64,000 nucleotides of DNA from Pseudorhodobacter sp. PARRP1. Lineage in GTDB: Bacteria; Pseudomonadota; Alphaproteobacteria; Rhodobacterales; Rhodobacteraceae. Within the stretch, counting starts at the first letter, position 1, and each line of letters opens with the position of its first letter. Location of the stretch: the NCBI GenBank assembly GCA_002256245.1, contig NKIU01000008.1, forward strand, positions 53,333-117,332, given 5' to 3'. A program made the position numbers and the translations under genes. Below the pieces are notes generated by a model. The model searched no databases and was not told where the DNA came from. It saw only the letters and a list, made by a program, of their open reading frames with translations. Below are positions 45,416 to 53,995 of the stretch, piece by piece.

Positions 45416-46576
45416 TTACAGGCAAGCCTCGAACAACGCGCGGGTATTCTCGCGCGTCATCACCACCGGGTTGCCGCCGCAGGACGGATCTTCCAGCGCC
45501 ATCTCGGTCAGCGTGTCGAGATCGGGGTTGGTAACGCCCAAGGCTGTCAGGTTTTCCGGGATGTTCAGCGTCTTGCGCAGGTCCATCACAGCGGCACGGA
45601 AGCCATCAAAACCGCCCTTGATGCCCAGATAAGCGGCGGCGGCGTTGATGCGATCCTCAATCGCCGCACGGTTCATATCCAGCACCATCGGCATCACCAC
45701 AGCGTTGGTGGTGCCGTGGTGGGTGCCATAGACAGCACCAATCGGGTGGGAAAGCGAGTGGATCGCGCCCAGACCCTTTTGGAAGGCCGTTGCCCCCATC
45801 GCCGCCGCCGACATCATATGCGCGCGGGCATCCAGATCGTTCGGGTTGGCATAGACTTTGGCCAAATTTTCGAACACCAACCGCATGCCTTCCAAGGCGA
45901 TGCCCTGGCTCATCGGGTGGTAGAACGGGCTGCAATAGGCCTCAAGGCAATGCGCCAGCGCATCCATGCCGGTGCCTGCGGTGATGAATTTCGGCATCCC
46001 CACGGTCAGCGCCGGGTCGCAGATCGTCACCACGGGCAGCAGTTTGGGGTGGAAGATGATCTTTTTCTTATGCGTGACCGAGTTGGTCAAAACGCCTGCG
46101 CGCCCCACTTCCGAACCCGTGCCAGCGGTGGTGGGCACCGCGATGATCGGGGCGATTTTGCTGGCATCGGCGCGGGTGAACCAGTCGTCGATGTCTTCCA
46201 GATCCCACACCGAAAGGTCTTTGCGCTGATGCGCCATCAGGGCGATCATCTTGCCAAGGTCGAGCGCCGAACCGCCGCCAAAGCAGATCACGCCGTCATG
46301 GCCGCCCGCCAGATACACGGCGATGCCGTCGGCCATGTTCTTCTCATTCGGGTTCGGATCGACCTCCGAGAATACCGCCGTGCCAAGGCCATGCGCTTTC
46401 AGGATCGCCACGGCTTCGGCGGTGATCGGCAGGGATGCAAGCGCCTTGTCGGTGACGAACAGCGGCTTTTTCACGCCCGCAGCGGCGCAATGCTCGGCCA
46501 GCTCGCTGATGCGGCCCACGCCGAATTTGATCGCGGTGGGATAGGACCAGTTCCGGTTGGGGACTGAGTGCGTCAT
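45416..46576 (-). CDS. Iron-containing alcohol dehydrogenase
   Basis: GGGSALD, PTTAGTGSE, DALAHCLE, GAIHSLSH, HHG motifs. Confidence 0.9.
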   Translation of the reverse strand: MTHSVPNRNWSYPTAIKFGVGRISELAEHCAAAGVKKPLFVTDKALASLPITAEAVAILKAHGLGTAVFSEVDPNPNEKNMADGIAVYLAGGHDGVICFGGGSALDLGKMIALMAHQRKDLSVWDLEDIDDWFTRADASKIAPIIAVPTTAGTGSEVGRAGVLTNSVTHKKKIIFHPKLLPVVTICDPALTVGMPKFITAGTGMDALAHCLEAYCSPFYHPMSQGIALEGMRLVFENLAKVYANPNDLDARAHMMSAAAMGATAFQKGLGAIHSLSHPIGAVYGTHHGTTNAVVMPMVLDMNRAAIEDRINAAAAYLGIKGGFDGFRAAVMDLRKTLNIPENLTALGVTNPDLDTLTEMALEDPSCGGNPVVMTRENTRALFEACL

Positions 46577-46579
46577 GGT

Positions 46580-47959
46580 TCAGACTTTCTTCAGATGGTA
46601 GGATTTCGGACGGGTGACGCTGAGGAAACCCAAATAGGAAAGCGAGCCGCCGCGCCCGGTGTCTTTGCAGCCGGTCCAGCACAACGCGGGGTCGAGATAA
46701 TCGGCGCGGTTCATGAAAATCGTGCCGGTCTCGATCTGCGCGCCCAAGTCGGCGGCGGTGTCGTAATCGGTCGTCCAGATGCTGGCGGTCAGGCCGTAAG
46801 GCGAGTCGTTCATCAGGCGCAAAGCCTCGGCATCGTCCTTGACCTTCATGATGCCGACGACCGGGCCAAAGGATTCCTCCATCATCACCCGCATGGAATG
46901 ATCCACGTTCACAAGCACTTGCGGGGCAAGATAGGCGCCACCGTCATCAGCGGGGAACAGTGCGGGGTCGATCAGGGCTTTGGCGCCTGCCGCCACAGCC
47001 TCGGCAATCTGGCCGCGCACCACGGCGGCGAAGCGTTTGTTGGCCATCGGGCCGAGGGTGCTGCCCGCGTCAAACGGGTTGCCGAGCGTCAACGTTTTCA
47101 CCCAAGCCACGGCCTTTTCCACGAAGGCATCGTAGAGGCTTTCATGCACATAAATCCGCTCAATCCCGCAGCAGCATTGGCCCGCGTTGAACATCGCGCC
47201 ATCCATCAGCGTATCGACGGCGGCATCCAAGTTGGCGTCGGCGCGGACATAGCCGGGGTCTTTGCCGCCGAGTTCAAGGCCAAGCGGCGTGAAAGTGCCA
47301 GCAGCGGCACGTTCAATCGCCTGACCGCCGCCGACCGAGCCGGTGAAGTTGACGAAATTGAACGCGCGATTGGCGATCAGGTGTTCGGTGGTGGCATGGT
47401 CCAGCACAACATTCTGGAACACATCGGCAGGGACGCCAGCGGCGTGGAAGGCTTCGGCCAGACGCTCACCCACCAGCATGGTTTGGCTTGCGTGTTTCAG
47501 CACGACCGTGTTTCCGGCGATCAGGGCGGGGACAAGCGTGTTGATCGTGGTCAGATACGGGTAGTTCCACGGGGCCACGATAAACACCACGCCCAAGGCT
47601 TCGCGCGCAAGGTAGCGGCGGAATTTATCGCTGTCTTCAATGGTTTGCGGGGCAAGTGTGGCCTCGGCAATCTCGGACATATACTCGGTCCGGGCGTTCA
47701 CACCGCCGAATTCGCCGCCAAAGCGGGTGGGGCGGCCCATTTGCCATGCCAGTTCTTCGACGATCTTCTCGGCATTGGCGTTCAGGTTGGCGACCCCGGC
47801 TTTCACCAGCGCAATGCGTTCGGCCAAGGGGCGCGCGGCCCAGCCCTTTTGGGCGGCTTTGGCGCGGGCGGCTGCGGCGCGGGCGGCGTCTAGGGTCAGC
47901 GGCGTGCGCTCGGCATAGACCGAGCCATCGACCGGGGAAATCAGTTGGATGGGTTTCAT
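46580..47959 (-). CDS. Aldehyde dehydrogenase
   Basis: PWNYP, LKH, FTGS, LELGGKD, GQCCC, EESFGP. Confidence 0.92.
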   Translation of the reverse strand: MKPIQLISPVDGSVYAERTPLTLDAARAAAARAKAAQKGWAARPLAERIALVKAGVANLNANAEKIVEELAWQMGRPTRFGGEFGGVNARTEYMSEIAEATLAPQTIEDSDKFRRYLAREALGVVFIVAPWNYPYLTTINTLVPALIAGNTVVLKHASQTMLVGERLAEAFHAAGVPADVFQNVVLDHATTEHLIANRAFNFVNFTGSVGGGQAIERAAAGTFTPLGLELGGKDPGYVRADANLDAAVDTLMDGAMFNAGQCCCGIERIYVHESLYDAFVEKAVAWVKTLTLGNPFDAGSTLGPMANKRFAAVVRGQIAEAVAAGAKALIDPALFPADDGGAYLAPQVLVNVDHSMRVMMEESFGPVVGIMKVKDDAEALRLMNDSPYGLTASIWTTDYDTAADLGAQIETGTIFMNRADYLDPALCWTGCKDTGRGGSLSYLGFLSVTRPKSYHLKKV

Positions 47960-47973
47960 CGTCTTGGTCCTTG

Positions 47974-48034
47974 GTAGGGTGCGTGATGTCACGCACCTTT
48001 GTCCGAAAAAGGTGCGTGAAATCACGCACCCTAC
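47974..48034. repeat. GTAG-family REP doublet (REPIN-like)
   Basis: GTAGGGTGCGTGA-tg-TCACGCACC...GGTGCGTGA-aa-TCACGCACCCTAC, two inverted REPs 13 bp apart inside an operon. Confidence 0.8.
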
Positions 48035-48038
48035 ACAT

Positions 48039-49403
48039 TCACGCCCGCTCGAGCAGGCGCTGGATTTCAAAATCGGTCACCACGCGGTCGGTTTCCGAAA
48101 TCTCCCACTGGGCGGCGTGGTGGTAGTGGTCCACCACATCGTCGCCAAAGGCTTTGCGATACATCGCCGATTGGTTCAACAGATCGGCCGCCTCGCGCAG
48201 GTTATGCGGGATTTCGCGCACATCGCCCGCGGCATACATATCGCCCTGCATTTCGGGTTCCAACTCCAGTTTCTGCTCGATGCCGTCAAGGCCAGCGGCG
48301 AGCAGGGCGGCACAGGTCAGATAGGGGTTCACATCGCTGCCGGGAATGCGACATTCCACCCGGATCGCCTTGGTATGCTCACCACAAACGCGGAAACCTG
48401 CGGTGCGATTGTCGGCGGACCAGACGGCTTTGGTGGGGGCGAACATGCCCACGGTGAAGCGTTTGTAGCTGTTGACGTAAGGTGCCAGAAACACCGTCAT
48501 CTCCCGCGCATAGGCCAACTGCCCTGCGATGTAGTGCTTCATAAGCTGGCTCATGCCGTGCTTGTCGGATGCGTCAAAGAACGCGGGCTTGCCGTCCAGC
48601 GTCCACAAAGACTGGTGGCAATGCGACGACGACCCGGCCTTGCGATGATCGTATTTCGCCATGAAGGTCACCGACTTGCCCTTCGACCAAGCGATTTCCT
48701 TGATGCCGTGCTTGACGATGCTGTGGTTGTCGGCTGTATCCAAAGCGTCGGAGTATTTGTAGTTCACCTCCTCTTGCCCGGCATCGGCCTCACCCTTGGA
48801 GTTTTCAATCGTGATGCCCGCGCCATAGAGGCCATTACGCACGGCGCGCATCACGTCTTCTTCCTTGGTGGTCTGGAAGATGTGGTAATCTTCATTATAG
48901 GCGCTGACGGGTTTCAGGCCTGCGAAATTGCTGTCGCGCAGGGATTCGTAGCTGTTTTCAAACAGATAGAATTCCAACTCGGTCGCCATCATCGCGTCGA
49001 ACCCCATCGCGCGGGCACGTTCAACCTGCTTCTTCAGGATATTGCGCGGCGCGTGTGGCACCGGGTTGTGGTGGTGATCCAGCGTGTCGCCCAGCACCAT
49101 CGCGGTGCCTTCCAGCCACGGCACCCGGCGCAGCGTGCTCATGTCGGTTTTCAGGATATAGTCGCCATATCCCGTCTGCCAGTTCGACGATTTATAGCCC
49201 TGAACGGTATTCATCTCCATATCGACGGCAAGAAGGTAGTTGCAGCAATGCGTCTCCTCCCATCCGCCATCGACGAAGAATTGCGCGTGAAAACGCTTGC
49301 CCATCAGGCGGCCTTGCATGTCGATGCCAGCCACCAGAACGGTGTCAATTTCGCCAGCCTTCACGGCGGCTTTCAGTTCTGCGAGTGTCAAATTGCCGGG
49401 CAT
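48039..49403 (-). CDS. Glutamine-synthetase-like gamma-glutamyl-amine ligase
   Basis: DMQGRLMGKR, ATELEF, KGEADAGQEE, FMAK, GSSSHCHQS, DNRTAGFR, VECRIPG. Confidence 0.88.
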   Translation of the reverse strand: MPGNLTLAELKAAVKAGEIDTVLVAGIDMQGRLMGKRFHAQFFVDGGWEETHCCNYLLAVDMEMNTVQGYKSSNWQTGYGDYILKTDMSTLRRVPWLEGTAMVLGDTLDHHHNPVPHAPRNILKKQVERARAMGFDAMMATELEFYLFENSYESLRDSNFAGLKPVSAYNEDYHIFQTTKEEDVMRAVRNGLYGAGITIENSKGEADAGQEEVNYKYSDALDTADNHSIVKHGIKEIAWSKGKSVTFMAKYDHRKAGSSSHCHQSLWTLDGKPAFFDASDKHGMSQLMKHYIAGQLAYAREMTVFLAPYVNSYKRFTVGMFAPTKAVWSADNRTAGFRVCGEHTKAIRVECRIPGSDVNPYLTCAALLAAGLDGIEQKLELEPEMQGDMYAAGDVREIPHNLREAADLLNQSAMYRKAFGDDVVDHYHHAAQWEISETDRVVTDFEIQRLLERA

Positions 49404-49493
49404 ATCCGGGATCTCCGCTGTTGAGTTCCCCGTCTGGTGCGGGGTCATGTGCATTCGGGGCCACGGCCCCACCGACAAGCCTTCAGCCGCGCC

Positions 49494-50312
49494 TCAACTG
49501 GCCTTTGCCTGCCGCTGGATTTCCACCAGACCCATGTTCAGCACGGCTGCCAACTGATCGGCCATCCCCTCGGCGGCCTCTGGCGTGGCAATCAGATCGT
49601 TGCGGATTTCCAGCATGGCGTTGGGCAGACCGTAAGGCGTCGCCTGCACCCGCAACGTATGCGTCACATCATCCGCCGCCGAATAGGGCGCGTTCAATTC
49701 GGCCTGCAGCCGCGTCAGCTTGCGCGCGGCGTTCAGGATTGCCACCGACAAATGCGGATCAGCGTCGTGGATCACACCAAACTCCACCCGCCGCTGCTTA
49801 CCGTGATAGACCGGCGTGAAGGAATGGATGGTCACAATGACGGGCTTCAGGCCCAAGGCGATGCGCTTGGCGATCAGCCCGTGCAACCCGGTGGCCCAAG
49901 GCAGATAGACCGCTTCGGTGCGGCCCAGACGCTCGGCTGTGGAAACGCTGGCATTGCCGGGAATGTCGTGGATTTCCGACCGCGCGGGCATCGCCCCGGC
50001 CATATCAGGCGCGCGGTTGCAGTCATAGACAAGGCGGCTGATGGGCGCATGGATCAACACCGCATCCAACCGCTGCGCCAATCCGCGCGATACCGCCAAA
50101 GCGCCCGGGTCCCAGGCGATATGGGCTTGGCGCTGATCGGCCGTCAGCCCCAGATCACCCCAGCGCGCCGGGATGTGGTTGGACGCATGTTCACAGACCA
50201 GCACGATCCGGCCCGTGGCGGCTGCATTCTCGATCACCGGCATGAATGCCTCGGCCGCGGGCGCGGTGGCCTTCGGTTTTGCGGGCGCTTTTGTGTGTGT
50301 AGCCGCGCGCAT
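49494..50312 (-). CDS. N-formylglutamate amidohydrolase family protein
   Basis: VCEHASN, HIAWDPGA, SRLVYDCNR, TIHSFTP, LEIRNDL. Confidence 0.88.
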   Translation of the reverse strand: MRAATHTKAPAKPKATAPAAEAFMPVIENAAATGRIVLVCEHASNHIPARWGDLGLTADQRQAHIAWDPGALAVSRGLAQRLDAVLIHAPISRLVYDCNRAPDMAGAMPARSEIHDIPGNASVSTAERLGRTEAVYLPWATGLHGLIAKRIALGLKPVIVTIHSFTPVYHGKQRRVEFGVIHDADPHLSVAILNAARKLTRLQAELNAPYSAADDVTHTLRVQATPYGLPNAMLEIRNDLIATPEAAEGMADQLAAVLNMGLVEIQRQAKAS

Positions 50313-50466
50313 GGGGGCGAGTCATCCTTTGAAACTGCGGGAAGGCTCACTCTTTGGCTGGCCTCTGTCAAGAATGTTTCTGAGGGGGCGGCGTTGATAC
50401 GATCTTTTCCAAACTGGCTTTTCCAAATCCCCTGATCTGCTAGTCTGCCACAAAGCGGAGAGCGAT

Positions 50467-51336
50467 ATGGACGCCAGACTGCCCCTAGACGAGCAACTGC
50501 GCAACGCCTTGCCAGACCTGACGCGGGCCGAGCGGCAACTGGCCAGCCATGTGCTGTCGCATTACCCGGTGGCGGCACTCGGTTCGATCACCATTCTGGC
50601 GAAGGCCGCGTCTGTCTCTACCCCCACCGTGGTGCGGCTGGCGCAAAAGCTGGGCTACAAAGGCTATCCCGATTTTCAGGCAGCCCTGCGCGGCGAGGTC
50701 GAGGCGATGCTGATCTCACCGCTGGCCAAGCATGACCGGTGGGCGGGCGGGGTGCCGGAAACCCATATCCTGAACCGCTTTGCCGATGCGGTGATGAGCA
50801 ATCTGCAAGCCACCTTGGGCCAGATCGACCACGCCGAATTTGACGCCGCAGCCCAGTTGCTGGCCGATCCATCGCGGCATGTGTTTGCGATGGGCGGGCG
50901 GATCACCCATTCGATGGCGGATTACTTCACTTCGCTGATGACCATCGTGCGGCCGGAAGTTACCTTGCTGTCCGACAGCTCCTCCACCTGGCAACCGGCG
51001 CTGCTGGATATGCAGCCCGGCGATGTGCTGCTGGTATTCGACATCCGCCGCTACGAAAACGCCGTGCTGCAAGTGACGGAAATGGCGAAAGAACGCGGCG
51101 CGGACATCATCCTGATCACCGACCGCTGGATCTCGCCAGCTTCGGCCCACGCGCGCCACACGCTGGCCTGCCATATCGAAGCGCCCTCGGCTTGGGACAG
51201 CAACGTATCGCTGATGGTGTTGGTGGAAACTCTGCTGGCAGCGGTGCAGGATCTGACATGGGAGGTCACCGAAGGCCGGATGAAGCGGCTGGAAGACCTC
51301 TACGCGCGCACAAGGTTCTTCCGCCGCCACCGCTAG
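50467..51336 (+). CDS. MurR/RpiR-family regulator
   Basis: LTRAERQLA, VSTPTVVRLAQKLGYKGY HTH plus SIS domain. Confidence 0.92.
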   Translation: MDARLPLDEQLRNALPDLTRAERQLASHVLSHYPVAALGSITILAKAASVSTPTVVRLAQKLGYKGYPDFQAALRGEVEAMLISPLAKHDRWAGGVPETHILNRFADAVMSNLQATLGQIDHAEFDAAAQLLADPSRHVFAMGGRITHSMADYFTSLMTIVRPEVTLLSDSSSTWQPALLDMQPGDVLLVFDIRRYENAVLQVTEMAKERGADIILITDRWISPASAHARHTLACHIEAPSAWDSNVSLMVLVETLLAAVQDLTWEVTEGRMKRLEDLYARTRFFRRHR

Positions 51337-51344
51337 GGCTTTGG

Positions 51345-51404
51345 TCATCCTCTCTGTTCAAATATCCTGGGGGTGAGGCCGCAGGCCGAGGGGGCTAGCC
51401 CCCT
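51345..51404 (+). repeat. TCATC-N8-9-AAATATCC dispersed repeat, copy e (overlaps the DMT 3' end)
   Basis: tcatcctctctgttcaaatatcctgggggtgagg...gggggctagccccct. Confidence 0.7.
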
Positions 51405-52269
51405 GCGCCTTTACAGCCCGTCCGCCATAGGCATTCAACAGCACCGCCGCCAGCAACACCGCGCCGCCAATCAGCGTGCCCCGCGATACCGTCTCGCCCA
51501 TCAGCAACCAGACCCACAGCGGCGCCAGCAACACCTCGACCAGCGACAGCAATGTCGCCTGCGCGGCGGGCACAACTTTGCTGCCGATGGTGTAAAGCAG
51601 CATCCCCCCGGTCAGCGTCACCGCCCCCATCGCGCCCGAGATCGCAATCTCGGGCAACGGGATCAGCATGGGTTTGCCCAAGATGGCCAAAGCAATCGCC
51701 CCTGCAATCATCGAGAACACACCGCCCAAAGCCACCGCGGGCAGCATGTTGGCCAGCTTGCCCCAGCGCAGCGTCACGGTGAAAATTGCAAATCCCAAGG
51801 CCGAGGCAAGCGCCGCGATATTGCCATCCATCGCCCCGCCCGCAAGGCCGCCGCCGACCATCACCAGAATCCCTATCGCTGCCAGCACGATGGCAAACCA
51901 TGTCAGCGGGCTGACCCATTCGGCCAGCAGCACACGGCCCAGAATGGCGGCAAAGAACGGCGAGGCCGCAAACAGCAGCACCGCATTGGCGACGCTTGTG
52001 GCCTGAAACGCATAGATCGCGCCGGAAAACGCCATCACCAACCCAAAGCCACCCAACACCCCGGCCCAACCGACGGCGCGGATTTCGGCGATGATGTTGC
52101 CGCGAGAGGAGAACCCAATCCACAGCGCCAAAACCGGCAGCATACCGGCCGAGCGCCAGAACAAGATGGCCCAAGATCCGGTTTCCGGGATCAACCGGAT
52201 GATCAAGCCTTGGGTTGACCACAGCACCCCGGCAAGGATGATCAGAACTGCGCCGCCAATGTATGACAT
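51358..52269 (-). CDS. DMT/EamA family transporter
   Basis: Ten hydrophobic segments in two EamA-like repeats; SPFF, EVLLAPLW. Confidence 0.88.
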   Translation of the reverse strand: MSYIGGAVLIILAGVLWSTQGLIIRLIPETGSWAILFWRSAGMLPVLALWIGFSSRGNIIAEIRAVGWAGVLGGFGLVMAFSGAIYAFQATSVANAVLLFAASPFFAAILGRVLLAEWVSPLTWFAIVLAAIGILVMVGGGLAGGAMDGNIAALASALGFAIFTVTLRWGKLANMLPAVALGGVFSMIAGAIALAILGKPMLIPLPEIAISGAMGAVTLTGGMLLYTIGSKVVPAAQATLLSLVEVLLAPLWVWLLMGETVSRGTLIGGAVLLAAVLLNAYGGRAVKAQGASPLGLRPHPQDI

Positions 52270-52368
52270 GATTGCCCCCGTTTGCGGCAAGCTGGGCGCG
52301 TGGCGCGGGCGGGTCTGGCCTATTCGCGACCTTTGCCGCATTGATCCTGCCGAAACCGCACGCGAAAC

Positions 52369-52411
52369 CGATTTCCGCGCGGAAATCGTGCCGAAATTCG
52401 CGCGAATTTCG
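52369..52411. repeat. Double 20-bp perfect palindrome element, copy B
   Basis: cgatttccgcgcggaaatcg-tgc-cgaaattcgcgcgaatttcg. Confidence 0.85.
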
Positions 52412-52416
52412 TCTGG

Positions 52417-53349
52417 TTAGTAACCGCGCGCGCGATCAACCAGATGCAGCAGGGGGGCACCCGCCTCGCTGCGGCGGATATTTTTGACCAAGACTTTCGC
52501 CGCCCCGGTGGCACGGGTATCCGCCGCGATATGCGGGGTGACGGTGACGCGCGGATGGCCCCAGAACGGATGATCCAGCGGCAAAGGCTCGATGCGGAAC
52601 ACATCCAGCGTCGCGTGGCCGACTTGGCCTGTCTCCAGCGCCGCCAGCAAGGCTGCATCGTCGATCAGCGGCCCGCGTCCGGGGTTAAGGATAAACGCGC
52701 CGGGTTTCAGCCAAGCCAGACGCTGCGCGTTCAGGATATTCTCGGTTTCAGGGGTTTTCGGCAGCAGCGTCACCACGATCTCTGCGCCGCGCAACGCGGC
52801 TTCAAGCCCTGCCTCGCCGTGAAAGCCTTGGATGCCGGGGGTGTGCTTCTCGGTCCGGCTCCACCCCACCACGTTGAAATTCAGCGCAGCCAAGCCTTGC
52901 GCGCAGGCGGTGCCCAAAGCGCCCATGCCCAGCATCGCCACCTTACGCTCGCGTGCCAAGGGCGGGCAGGTCGCATCCCAGACATGGCCCGGATTGACGA
53001 TGTGACGGTCCATGCCAAGGTGATGGCGCAGCGCGTGGCCCACCACCCATTCCAGCATGCCCTCGGTCAGGCCAGTATCAACCATCCGGCACAAAGGCTG
53101 CGTCAGGGTGGTGTTGCCAACGATCCGCTCCACCCCGGCCCACAGGCTGAGCACCGCCTTGCAGCGGGTAAACGGCGTGAAATCCTGCAACGGGGCCGAG
53201 GGCGCGTAGATGATGTAATCCACCGCAGCCGGGTCGGGGGCCAAGGTCACCACGCGGGCGTCGATCCCGGCATCGGCCAGCAGGCCCGGCAGCAGGTCGC
53301 GGTATTCCTCCCACACGGCGGGGGCTGCGAAAAACACGGTGATGGTCAT
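52417..53349 (-). CDS. ghrA: Glyoxylate/hydroxypyruvate reductase A
   Basis: SLWAGVE, LGMGALG, GWSR, LNPGRG, LDVFRIEPLP, TPHIAA. Confidence 0.88.
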   Translation of the reverse strand: MTITVFFAAPAVWEEYRDLLPGLLADAGIDARVVTLAPDPAAVDYIIYAPSAPLQDFTPFTRCKAVLSLWAGVERIVGNTTLTQPLCRMVDTGLTEGMLEWVVGHALRHHLGMDRHIVNPGHVWDATCPPLARERKVAMLGMGALGTACAQGLAALNFNVVGWSRTEKHTPGIQGFHGEAGLEAALRGAEIVVTLLPKTPETENILNAQRLAWLKPGAFILNPGRGPLIDDAALLAALETGQVGHATLDVFRIEPLPLDHPFWGHPRVTVTPHIAADTRATGAAKVLVKNIRRSEAGAPLLHLVDRARGY

Positions 53350-53367
53350 GGGCTTGGTCCTGTCAGC

Positions 53368-53991
53368 TCATCCGGCGCTGGTGACAGCAGCGTTCACCGC
53401 AAGCGCAAGTATGATGGTGTTGTAAAAGAATGTCCCGACGGAATGCAGCAGCACCACCTTGCGCATCTCAGCCGACGAGGTGGTGACATCGCTGACCTGT
53501 GCGGTCATGCCGATGACGAATGAGAAATACAGAAAATCCCATGGGTCGGGTGCGTCAGTGCCCGGAAACTCCAGCCCGGCGGGCGTTTTCGCCTTGCGGG
53601 GCTGATAGAACAGATAGGCGTAGTGAAATCCCGCCAGCACATGCACCGCGGCCCAGCCCAGCGGCACCGATGCCAGCGCGATCAACCGCACATGGGTGCT
53701 GTCGCTTGGCGCGCCCAGCACCAGGATGATCGAGGTCAGGCTAACCGCACCCGCCGCCAGTGCCAGCACAAGGATGGCCGCCGCCCCTGCGTCATTCTGT
53801 TCGGCATGGTTGCGCAATTCGTCCGACGATGTCGATACCGCAAAGTGCAGCATCAAGCCGAGGTAACTGACGAAAAACGCATTTGCCGCGGCCAGCACGC
53901 GCAACTCGAACGGCAGCGGCGTCAGTTGCACCAGCAGCGCCACCGCTGTCCCAATAAGAAAGGCCAGCACGAACCGGATATGGCGCCGCAT
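53368..53991 (-). CDS. DUF1345-like membrane protein
   Basis: FHYAYLFY, LEFPG, DFLYFSFVIGMTAQVSD, FFYNTIILALAVN. Confidence 0.8.
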   Translation of the reverse strand: MRRHIRFVLAFLIGTAVALLVQLTPLPFELRVLAAANAFFVSYLGLMLHFAVSTSSDELRNHAEQNDAGAAAILVLALAAGAVSLTSIILVLGAPSDSTHVRLIALASVPLGWAAVHVLAGFHYAYLFYQPRKAKTPAGLEFPGTDAPDPWDFLYFSFVIGMTAQVSDVTTSSAEMRKVVLLHSVGTFFYNTIILALAVNAAVTSAG

Positions 53992-53995
53992 CAAA

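Noticed and set aside
24816-49403. Two true glutamine synthetases (glnA)
   Set aside because: Both sit in amine-catabolic contexts and resemble PuuA-type ligases; no glnB/ntr linkage.
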